64,000 nucleotides of DNA, from NCBI GenBank assembly GCA_023819255.1, contig JAMWBU010000001.1, positions 16,348 to 80,347 of the forward strand, read 5' to 3'. Positions 33,275 to 41,572 of the stretch are shown piece by piece (within the stretch, counting starts at the first letter, position 1; each line of letters begins with the position of its first letter). A program made the position numbers and the translations under genes. This DNA is from Candidatus Omnitrophota bacterium. GTDB lineage: Bacteria; Ratteibacteria; UBA8468; B48-G9; DTJG01. The notes beneath the pieces were generated by a model. That model had not been told where the DNA came from. It saw nothing but the letters and a program-made list of their open reading frames with translations, and did not search any database.

Positions 33275-33679
33275 ATGGAAAAGATAGTAATCAGAACCAC
33301 GAAACGAAAACAGATGGTTGACATCACAGGCCAGGTGTCTTCAATAGTTCAGAGAAGTAATGTCAAAACTGGTCTGTGTTTTGTATTCATACCTCACACG
33401 ACATGCGGGATTACGATTAATGAAAATGCGGACCCTTCGGTTAGAGATGACTTGCTTTTTTTTCTTTGCGAACTGGTTCCCGAAAATTCTGGATACAGGC
33501 ACTCAGAAGGTAATTCAGACGCGCATATTCAGTCGAGCATAGTGGGTCAATCAGTGTCAATCATTGTTCAGGACGGAAATCTTGCTTTAGGCGTCTGGCA
33601 GGGAATATTTTTATGTGAATTTGATGGACCCAGAACAAGAAGCGTCTGGGTACAAATTTTAGATATCAGAAGTTCATAA
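33275..33679 (+). CDS. YjbQ/UPF0047-family protein (secondary thiamine-phosphate synthase-like)
   Basis: …FIPHTTCGITINENADPSVRDD…SDAHIQSSIVGQS… family signature. The internal MEK start avoids overlap with the aminopeptidase gene. Confidence 0.7.
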   Translation: MEKIVIRTTKRKQMVDITGQVSSIVQRSNVKTGLCFVFIPHTTCGITINENADPSVRDDLLFFLCELVPENSGYRHSEGNSDAHIQSSIVGQSVSIIVQDGNLALGVWQGIFLCEFDGPRTRSVWVQILDIRSS

Positions 33680-33691
33680 GTTATTAAGTTA

Positions 33692-34525
33692 ATGATAATG
33701 GAAAAAGTGCGATATTACATAGGTGGAAAGGGGATCGAATTTGTCTGCGAAAATACAGGGAAAAACATATTCGCCGACGCAATCATAATTTTTGATAACC
33801 GAAATTCTAAAAGAAAAATACAAATAGATTGGCCATCTTTCGCTGAGAGTCAGGGTGTGGAAAAATTCAGAGAAAAAATTAAAAAACTTATTTTTTCCGC
33901 TGCAGGACAACCTTGCGATCATCTGGAGCTTGTATTTTCAAAAAGGGGAAGTGATTACGTGCCGATTAAAGAAGGATGGCGCATTTTTGTCGAGGAAATG
34001 CTACAAATGTCAGAACAGAATGCATTTAAAGAAGCGGTGGTAATGATTGCGGATGAAAAGGATTTCAGAATATGTCTGAAGGAGGTTGAACCGTTGCTTG
34101 TGAGCCTTTCGTCAAAAACATTTAAGAACCCCTATCCGGCGGTGGACGCGATTATAAAGAAAGATAAGGGTGTGGTGCTTGTTTACAGAAAAAATCCACC
34201 TCCGGGGTGGGCGATACCCGGCGGATTCATAAACTATGGCGAATCAGCTGAAAACGCAGCAGCAAGGGAAGCTTTGGAAGAAACCGGGCTTCATATTAGA
34301 AATCTTGAGTTATTCGGTGTTTTTTCAGATCCAGGCAGGGACCCTCGCTTTCACACAATTTCCATTGTTTATACAGCGGAAGGAAGGGGAACTCTAAAGG
34401 CGGGAGATGACGCTTCCAGAGTGGGGATTTTTTCGCAGGAAGAACTTCCGGACAATATGGCGTTCGATCATAGAAAAATCCTTCAACAATTTTTCAAAAG
34501 GCAAAAAAAGGATATGAAATTATGA
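33692..34525 (+). CDS. Two-domain protein: uncharacterised N-terminal domain plus C-terminal NUDIX hydrolase
   Basis: Nudix box GGFINYGESAENAAAREALEETGL in the C-terminal half. The N-terminal 150 aa have no recognised motif. Confidence 0.7.
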   Translation: MIMEKVRYYIGGKGIEFVCENTGKNIFADAIIIFDNRNSKRKIQIDWPSFAESQGVEKFREKIKKLIFSAAGQPCDHLELVFSKRGSDYVPIKEGWRIFVEEMLQMSEQNAFKEAVVMIADEKDFRICLKEVEPLLVSLSSKTFKNPYPAVDAIIKKDKGVVLVYRKNPPPGWAIPGGFINYGESAENAAAREALEETGLHIRNLELFGVFSDPGRDPRFHTISIVYTAEGRGTLKAGDDASRVGIFSQEELPDNMAFDHRKILQQFFKRQKKDMKL

Positions 34526-35523
34526 ACTTAATAACTTCTGATAAAGGAAAGGTATTAAGTGGAATGAGGCCGACAGGACCTCTGCATATAGGCCATCTGT
34601 TCGGAGCTCTGGCAAATTGGAAGAGACTTCAGGATGAGGGATACCAGTGTTTTTATATGATTGCCGACTGGCATGCATTAAGCACGGAGTATCAAAATCC
34701 GGGCGAGATAAGGAATAACACATTCGAAATTGCGCTTGATTTTTTTTCCTGTGGGCTTGATTATGAAAAGTCGGTTGTATTTGTCCAATCCATGGTCAAA
34801 GAACACGCTGAACTGAATTTGATTCTTTCAATGCTTGTTCCCATTCCGTGGCTTGAGAGAAATCCTGTTTATAAAGAACAGATGCAGCAGTTGCAGGAAA
34901 GAGACATTGCCACTTATGGTTTTCTTGGTTATCCGGTACTTCAGGCGGCTGACATTCTTATTTATCGAGCGGAATATGTGCCAATAGGCGTTGATCAGCT
35001 TCCACATCTTGAACTTACGAGAGAGATTGCCCGAAGATTTAACTATCTTTATGGAAATTATTTTCCTGAACCAAAAGAACTGTTGACAGAGACGCCAAAG
35101 GTTCCGGGAATAGATGGCAGGAAAATGAGTAAATCCTATGGAAATGCTATATTCTTGAAAGATTCAGACGAACAAATTCGTGCAAAGGTTTCAAAAATGT
35201 TTACCGACCAAAAACGGCTTTATAGAAAAGACCCCGGACATCCTGACGAATGCGCGGTTTTTGATTATAGAAAACTTATTTCAAAGCAGTATCAACAGAT
35301 AAAACAGCAGTGTTTAAAAGCGGAGATAGGTTGTGTGGAATGTAAGAAGCAAATGGCAGAAGAACTGATAGAATATCTTGAACCCATTCAGAAAAAAAGG
35401 AAAGAACTTGAAAAAGACGCAGAACAGGTATGGGAAATTGTGCGCGAGGGTTCAAAAAAAGCATCATCTGTCGCAGAAGAAACAATGAAAGGTGTGAGAA
35501 AACTTGTTGGACTGGAGATCTGA
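34522..35523 (+). CDS. trpS: Tryptophanyl-tRNA synthetase
   Basis: PTGPLHIGHLFGAL (HIGH) and KMSKSYGN (KMSKS). Confidence 0.9.
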   Translation: MNLITSDKGKVLSGMRPTGPLHIGHLFGALANWKRLQDEGYQCFYMIADWHALSTEYQNPGEIRNNTFEIALDFFSCGLDYEKSVVFVQSMVKEHAELNLILSMLVPIPWLERNPVYKEQMQQLQERDIATYGFLGYPVLQAADILIYRAEYVPIGVDQLPHLELTREIARRFNYLYGNYFPEPKELLTETPKVPGIDGRKMSKSYGNAIFLKDSDEQIRAKVSKMFTDQKRLYRKDPGHPDECAVFDYRKLISKQYQQIKQQCLKAEIGCVECKKQMAEELIEYLEPIQKKRKELEKDAEQVWEIVREGSKKASSVAEETMKGVRKLVGLEI

Positions 35524-35527
35524 TAAA

Positions 35528-36661
35528 ATGGCAGTATCAATTAACAAATTAGCAAGAAAGAGTCTTTCATTAATAGAACCATATGTCCCAGGTAAACCAG
35601 CAGAAGTTCTTTTCAGGGAAAAAGGTATTTCAAGAATCATTAAGCTTGCGTCGAATGAAAATCCTTTTGGACCATCTCCAGAGGCATTAAAAGCGATAAA
35701 GAAAAAATTGTCGGGCATTAATAGATACCCGGAGGGTTCCGCTTTTGAATTGAAGGAAAAACTCGCCTGCTTATTGAAAACAAGAAACGATCAAATAATT
35801 GTTGGAAACGGTTCAAGCGAGATAATAAGCATGGCAATCCAGTCTTTTTGCGAGCCCGGGGATGAAATTGTTTTTCCCAGTCCGTCCTTTATCATTTACA
35901 AAATTCTTGCCCATGCTTTTGGCGCCATACCCGTTACGGTTAAATTGAACAGTGATATGAGATATAACATAGAATCTTTTTTTGAAAAAATCTCAGGAAA
36001 AACAAAAATTGTGATATTGTGCAATCCAAACAATCCCACAGGTTCGCATATAAATAAGAAACAGTTAGAGAAATTTATGAAAAACATCCCGGAAAGAATC
36101 GTTATACTTTCTGACGAGGCATATTTTGAGTATGCCGAAGACCCGCAGTTTGGATCCTGTATCGATTGGCTTGGAAGAAAGAATGTGATAGTAACAAGAA
36201 CCTTTTCAAAAATATATGGGCTTGCGGGGTTAAGAATTGGCTATGGAATTGCTACGCAGGACATAATAAAAACAATGGAAAAGATAAGACCGCCATTTAA
36301 CACAACATCACTGGCTCAATATGCAGCGCTCGCCGCCATTGATGATCACGTTTTTGTGGAAAAATCTTTGATAAACAACAGGAAAGAGAAAAAATTTCTC
36401 GCAGAAAACCTGAAAAATCTTGGCTTTAATGTTTTTCCAAGCCAGGCAAATTTTATATTTTGCAGTCATAAGCTTAATGCAGGAACTATATGCAAAGAAC
36501 TTGAAGAAAAAGGGATTATTCTCAGACCTATGGCTGGTTTTGGTATGAAAGATAATTTTATTAGAATAACGATAGGAAAACCGTTTGAAAATCGTCTTTT
36601 AATCAAAGAACTGAGATCAATAATTGCCAGGGGAGGTTATCATGAAAAAACTGGGAGTTAA
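35528..36661 (+). CDS. hisC: Histidinol-phosphate aminotransferase
   Basis: LASNENPFGPSPEA…, PLP-lysine region …TFSKIYGLAGLRIGYG…. Class II aminotransferase, 378 aa. Confidence 0.85.
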   Translation: MAVSINKLARKSLSLIEPYVPGKPAEVLFREKGISRIIKLASNENPFGPSPEALKAIKKKLSGINRYPEGSAFELKEKLACLLKTRNDQIIVGNGSSEIISMAIQSFCEPGDEIVFPSPSFIIYKILAHAFGAIPVTVKLNSDMRYNIESFFEKISGKTKIVILCNPNNPTGSHINKKQLEKFMKNIPERIVILSDEAYFEYAEDPQFGSCIDWLGRKNVIVTRTFSKIYGLAGLRIGYGIATQDIIKTMEKIRPPFNTTSLAQYAALAAIDDHVFVEKSLINNRKEKKFLAENLKNLGFNVFPSQANFIFCSHKLNAGTICKELEEKGIILRPMAGFGMKDNFIRITIGKPFENRLLIKELRSIIARGGYHEKTGS

Positions 36662-37370
36662 TGTCGACCACGTCGCAACACTCAGACAGGCAAGAAGAGG
36701 AATGTTTCCAGTTCCTGTGGTAGCTGCAGGAATATGTGAAATCGCTGGATGCGACTCGATTGTCTGCCACTTAAGGGAAGATAGGCGGCACATTCAGGAT
36801 AGGGATGTATACCAGCTCAAAAACACAGTGAAAACTCTTAATCTTGAAATGGCAATGAGCGATGAGATTATTGAAATTGCGCTGAAGGTCGTACCTGCGC
36901 AGGTTACCCTTGTGCCAGAGAAAAGAGAGGAACTTACAACAGAGGGTGGCCTGGATGTGTTGAAAAATAAAACAAAGCTTAAAGAGACAGTAAAACTGTT
37001 TCATGACAGAAACATTGTTGTAAGCACGTTTATTGAACCTGAATTTGAGCAGATCGACGCGTCCAGAGAAGCAGGCGCTGACGCAATAGAAATTCACACG
37101 GGCAGATATGCTGAATATTTTGAAGCAAATCAGGAAGAAAACTGGCAGAAGGAGCTTGACAGGATTTTAAAATCCGCAGAATATGCAATGTCAACAGGAC
37201 TCAAGGTGCATGCCGGACATGGACTTGATTACAAAAACATATTTCCGGTGCTCAAAGTACCGCAGATAGAAGAGTTTAATATTGGATACAGCATCATATG
37301 CAAGGCTCTGTTTACAGGACTTTACGAAGCCGTTCAAGAAATGGTTCGACTGATAAAAAAGGGTCAATAA
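36642..37370 (+). CDS. pdxJ: Pyridoxine 5'-phosphate synthase
   Basis: MKKLGVNVDHVATLRQARRG…CHLREDRRHIQDRD… PdxJ signature. GGGGAGG RBS. Confidence 0.9.
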   Translation: MKKLGVNVDHVATLRQARRGMFPVPVVAAGICEIAGCDSIVCHLREDRRHIQDRDVYQLKNTVKTLNLEMAMSDEIIEIALKVVPAQVTLVPEKREELTTEGGLDVLKNKTKLKETVKLFHDRNIVVSTFIEPEFEQIDASREAGADAIEIHTGRYAEYFEANQEENWQKELDRILKSAEYAMSTGLKVHAGHGLDYKNIFPVLKVPQIEEFNIGYSIICKALFTGLYEAVQEMVRLIKKGQ

Positions 37371-37704
37371 AACAAAAATAAAGCCACAGAAAGTCTTTGT
37401 TTTACCAAAACCCCTGTTTTTATCAATAATGTTTTTATTAGCCTATATCCGCACTGCATCAAAATACGAAAATTTGATAGACTCAGTTTTGTTCTGGTTG
37501 TGAATAACTCTGAATAAAATATATTTAATAGGTTCAAGTATTTGATTTACAGGCGTTTAAGTTTTCTAATGTCGCATAAGATATATTATGTAAACTTTTA
37601 TGGTGCGGCTACCTTGTAGGATGTTGTTCAATGTTATTATAGATACATTAAAATGCCAGGAATGTTATAATTAAAAATTTTTTTTAATAAGATTTACTTA
37701 AGTA

Positions 37705-38436
37705 TCATTTTTTCAGTGCATTACGCTTTAAGGTGAACCGCATTAAAATTAACGTAATCTCATAAAGAAGAATCATGATTCCGGATACTATCAGCATCGT
37801 AAAGCCATCTATTGTAGGAGTAATAAGAGCTGCAATGACGAATATGACGACATATGCAATCCTTCTCATTTTTTTGAGCCAGTCAATTTCAATGATTCTA
37901 GAGATTCCCATAAAGAACATGACCACTGGAATCTGGAAAATAAGTCCCAGAATAAGGTTCATCCAGATTATAAAAGATAAATACTGGTTTATTGTAATCA
38001 TTGGTTCCATGATGCCGGCTCCAAATCCAAAAAGGATTTTAAGGCCTGCTGGAACAATTGCAAGGTGACTGAGGCATATTCCAGAATAAAAAAGGATAAC
38101 TCCTATAAAAAGGCACAGACCAAGCATTTTTCCTTGTTGTCTGGTAAGTGCTGGTTTTACAAATACATATGTTTGATAAAGTATAAATGGATAGCTGAGT
38201 AATAACCCTGAAAAAAGCACTATTTTTATAACAGAAAGAAATGGTTCTACTGGAGAAATGAAAACAGGGTTTTTTTGAAGGTTTTGAAGTGGGTTGACAA
38301 TGTACTTAAGTATATGTTTATTAAAGACATAGGATAAAATACAAGCAAGAGAAAACCATATCAGGACAAGAATAATCCTTTTTCTGAGCTCTTCAAGGTG
38401 ATCAAGAAATGTTCCATTCTGGGCAGAATTTTTCAT
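37705..38436 (-). CDS. tatC: Twin-arginine translocase subunit TatC
   Basis: FLDHLEELRKRIIL… N-terminus and a six-TM layout. 243 aa. Confidence 0.85.
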   Translation of the reverse strand: MKNSAQNGTFLDHLEELRKRIILVLIWFSLACILSYVFNKHILKYIVNPLQNLQKNPVFISPVEPFLSVIKIVLFSGLLLSYPFILYQTYVFVKPALTRQQGKMLGLCLFIGVILFYSGICLSHLAIVPAGLKILFGFGAGIMEPMITINQYLSFIIWMNLILGLIFQIPVVMFFMGISRIIEIDWLKKMRRIAYVVIFVIAALITPTIDGFTMLIVSGIMILLYEITLILMRFTLKRNALKK

Positions 38437-38624
38437 TCCTCATTCTTGTTATCTTTTTCTTTTTCGTTCTCTACATTCTTTTCCACCTCTTTGAGTCCTT
38501 TTCTAAATTCTCCAATCGCTTTGCCGAAGGACCTGCCGATCTCTGGCAATCTTTTTGCTCCAAAAAGAAGCAGGACTATCAGTCCTATTAAAATCAGTTC
38601 CTGAGCACCTAAGTTCATATTCAC
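38433..38624 (-). CDS. tatA: Twin-arginine translocase subunit TatA/E
   Basis: LGAQELILIGLIVLLLFGAKRLPEIGRSFGKAIGEFRKG: TM helix, hinge FG and amphipathic helix. Confidence 0.85.
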   Translation of the reverse strand: MNMNLGAQELILIGLIVLLLFGAKRLPEIGRSFGKAIGEFRKGLKEVEKNVENEKEKDNKNEE

Positions 38625-38639
38625 CTCCTGATTGTTATG

Positions 38640-39227
38640 CTAAGCATAGTTTCCATTATAGATATAGACCCTTTTTTCGCCTTTGTTTGTAACCCTTATG
38701 GCTGCCTCTTTTGTTGTGACGGGACAATTTTCTTCACAGAGACCACAGCCAGTGCATATTTCAGGATTGACAATGGGCCTACCCTGTCCATCAAGATATA
38801 TTGCATGTACAGGACAGAACTCAAGGCAGACCAGGCACTCCTTTTGATGTGTCCATACCAGACATTGGTTTTCATAAATCCTGGCGGTTCCGATTTTTAT
38901 TGTTTCCTGGTTAACATTTCTGATTGCTCCTGTCGGACAAACTTTGCCGCAGCTCTGACACAGAATACAGCCCTGTTCTCTTGGAATTATTTCAGGAGTT
39001 GTCCCGTTTTCAAAAGATCTTTCCAGACGAACCTGCTTCAAACATTTTGCCGGGCATGCTCTTATGCACTGTCCGCACCTGACACAGAGTTTTGAAAAGA
39101 ATTTTTCTTCAACTGAGCCAGGAGGTCTGATAAGGAAGTTTTTTCTAAATCTCTTTATTAATGTACCAGGGAGTAAAATGGCAATGGCAACTGCTGTAAG
39201 AGATACCAAAAATTCCTTTCTATTCAC
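38640..39227 (-). CDS. Polyferredoxin with four [4Fe-4S] motifs and a Tat-like RK signal (NapG/MauM-like)
   Basis: Four CxxCxxCxxxCP motifs (CVRCGQCIRACP, CILCQSCGKVCP, CLVCLEFCP, CTGCGLCEENCP). N-terminus NRKEFLVSLTAVAIAILLPG resembles a Tat signal with RK instead of RR. Confidence 0.7.
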   Translation of the reverse strand: MNRKEFLVSLTAVAIAILLPGTLIKRFRKNFLIRPPGSVEEKFFSKLCVRCGQCIRACPAKCLKQVRLERSFENGTTPEIIPREQGCILCQSCGKVCPTGAIRNVNQETIKIGTARIYENQCLVWTHQKECLVCLEFCPVHAIYLDGQGRPIVNPEICTGCGLCEENCPVTTKEAAIRVTNKGEKRVYIYNGNYA

Positions 39228-39855
39228 CCTTTTTCCTTTTTTTCAAAATATTTCCTGTTAATGTGTAAAATCTTCCGAGCGGACAAACGTAGTTGCACCA
39301 TAACCGCGGAAAAAGCACACTGCTGAGTACTATTATGGACAAAAAAACAACCCATAATTTCACCCCTGTCATCGCCTGACCGAGGATAACAAAAGGATCA
39401 AAGATAAATCCCGTGTAAGGAAATGAAAAAATAAGCGTGCTAAGAGAAGATGCGAGAACAAAAATAAGAATCCAGAGGCTTGTTTTTCTTAATATTTTTG
39501 GCGAGGTAAACGAAACCTTCCATAATCTTCTGAAGACAAGCAAATTAAGGTAATCAATGCTTCCGCCGAGCGGACACAACCAGAAGCAAAAAAAGTTACC
39601 CGCAATAATAATTAATAAAATCATAATAAATCCAGGCAACAGAAAAATAAAGAATTTACCTGAATTGATAAGAGTTTCCAGCGCGAGTAAGCCATTAATT
39701 TTGAAGTACATAGTGACAGGAATTTTTTCAGGTAAAGGGAAAACAGCGGTCTTGTGCAAAAGAAAGAAGAAAAAGAAAATGCTTGTAAGTTGAACCAATC
39801 TTCTAAAGATCAACCTTTTTTTCAGTCCGTTATGTAAAAAGAATTTTTCAAACAT
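39220..39855 (-). CDS. Integral membrane protein with two CX3CP motifs (NapH/MauN/CcoG-type membrane module, lacking the C-terminal ferredoxin domain)
   Basis: Four predicted TM segments. CFWLCPLGG and CNYVCPLGRF motifs. Confidence 0.55.
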   Translation of the reverse strand: MFEKFFLHNGLKKRLIFRRLVQLTSIFFFFFLLHKTAVFPLPEKIPVTMYFKINGLLALETLINSGKFFIFLLPGFIMILLIIIAGNFFCFWLCPLGGSIDYLNLLVFRRLWKVSFTSPKILRKTSLWILIFVLASSLSTLIFSFPYTGFIFDPFVILGQAMTGVKLWVVFLSIIVLSSVLFPRLWCNYVCPLGRFYTLTGNILKKRKKGE

Positions 39856-40768
39856 AGGTTAATTTGACTTTTGAAAGGTCTGCGATGCCAAGACCCATCT
39901 TCTCTGCTATCTGCAGATGCCTGACTTCTGATGGATTTACTCCAAGCAGTGTCGCTCCATAGGCATCAAGGGCAACAAAATCCAGTCCTCCGCATACAGT
40001 TCTGGTTTCTTTTACTTCGCCTGGTCCCTGCGGACCTCTTGTAAGGAGGATTCTTGTGGCGTCAACGATCGTAAAGGCTGGCTTCAAAAAAGAAGAAATA
40101 TCAACAATACACTGATTAAGATCTGTTCTATGGAAAAACCCTCTATCCCTGACTGCTCCCATCCAGTTTTTCATTGAAATTGTTATTCTTGCCTGAGAGC
40201 CATGGACTTTTGCAACAGGAACATTTACAAGCACATCAGCATCAAGGATATCTTCAAGTATACTGGCTTCTTTGAGCACTGCGCCATTCGGAATAGACAC
40301 TGTTCTGAATTTTTCAGGAGCCCTCATTGTTCCTCCAGCATTTTCGACAGCATCCTTGATGCCTGTTGTGACAAATGTTGTTTGCCATGGGTTGCAGGTT
40401 ACATCTGTCACAATAATAGAAGAAGCACCCGCATTTCTGCACATTTTCACCAGGGCTCCGACAACTTCAGGATGGGTTGTCGCCGCTTGCTCTGGGGTCC
40501 TGTTCCATGCGATATTGGGTTTTATGACAACCTTGCTTCCCTTTTTGACGAATTTATTGATAGCGCCCATCGCTTTTACTACGCGAAATGTCATTTCTTC
40601 AGGTGAACCATTTTTTGAAATAAAAATTTCTGATGAGGATTCAGCCGCCACAGATGGAGTTTCTGAAATCCTTGTATATTTTGAGGCAATTAATCCAAGG
40701 GTCGCAACAATACCTGTTTTTAAGAATTCCTTTCTGTCCATAATGCCTCCTTTTTTGTTGAATTTCAA
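39848..40768 (-). CDS. DUF362-domain protein with a Tat-like RK signal peptide
   Basis: …VVIKPNIAWNRTPEQAATTHPEV… DUF362 core. N-terminus MDRKEFLKTGIVATLGLIAS…VAAES. The start may be the internal MDRK at 40741. Confidence 0.6.
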   Translation of the reverse strand: MKFNKKGGIMDRKEFLKTGIVATLGLIASKYTRISETPSVAAESSSEIFISKNGSPEEMTFRVVKAMGAINKFVKKGSKVVIKPNIAWNRTPEQAATTHPEVVGALVKMCRNAGASSIIVTDVTCNPWQTTFVTTGIKDAVENAGGTMRAPEKFRTVSIPNGAVLKEASILEDILDADVLVNVPVAKVHGSQARITISMKNWMGAVRDRGFFHRTDLNQCIVDISSFLKPAFTIVDATRILLTRGPQGPGEVKETRTVCGGLDFVALDAYGATLLGVNPSEVRHLQIAEKMGLGIADLSKVKLTYV

Positions 40769-41572
40769 TTACTTAGCAGAAAAAGTTTAACCTTTTTCTT
40801 AATGTCGTTATTCCCGATGTTTTGATTATAGCACCAGTCAGGTATTCCGGCAAGCGAAATCAGGATCTTAAATTTTTTACGTTTTTTCTGGCATAAGTCG
40901 AAAGAGCTTTTTTCATGGATAACGGGTTATCTGGCGCCCTGATTCTTTTTGAGTTTATTTCGGTCTTTAATTTATGTTTCACTCGATTGGAATTTTTTTG
41001 TTTGGTGTATCCATAAATTAGACTTCAATTACAGGGTCGGGTTTATTATTTTTTTTATACTGCAAGAATAAACGAAGAAATTAAGAGCGCGATGAAAATA
41101 ATCCTATTTTTTTAAGGAAAGGGTTTTATTTTTGTTGATTTTCAGGGGTACTTCATAGTGTTGGTATAGTACGATGTTGTGGCGATTCAGGAGAATGCTT
41201 TTCAGGTGGGACATTCTTCTGCATCCGCAATTCCAGTTTTGAGTGCGAATTTTTCTTGTTCTATTTCTGCAGGGAATTGTAGTGGATTTTGGAAATCAGG
41301 GTATATCTGCAGTCCCCCCCTGCCCTTTCCCGAATGCGGTAAGACGAGTAAAAAAAAGCAGATGAACTCTCAAAATCTTTTTTACCTCTGACCCCGAATA
41401 AAATTCAAAAGAATCATTTTTTCCTGGAAGCGGGTTCGAATAGGTGCCGCAATGATCTGGTCGTATTTTTCTACTATGAGATCTCTTTCAAATTTTAACG
41501 AAGTTTAAATATAGACTGCATTATGAAGTTAATATAATATTAACTTCGCAACTTCACTACTTCATAACTTAA

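Noticed and set aside
37371-37704. 334-bp AT-rich convergent gap between pdxJ and tatC as a possible ncRNA or degraded gene
   Set aside because: No stable hairpins, conserved RNA motifs or ORF remnants are visible. It is most simply a low-complexity convergent terminator/spacer region.
41280-41460. Possible RNase P RNA or tRNA in the long gap (strings GCGGTAAGA and GGGTTCGAAT)
   Set aside because: Only short fragments match. Flanking RNase P cores (GGAAAGUCCGG, ACAGAANCCGGCUUA) are absent, and the GGTTCGAAT segment has no complementary T-stem or acceptor stem.
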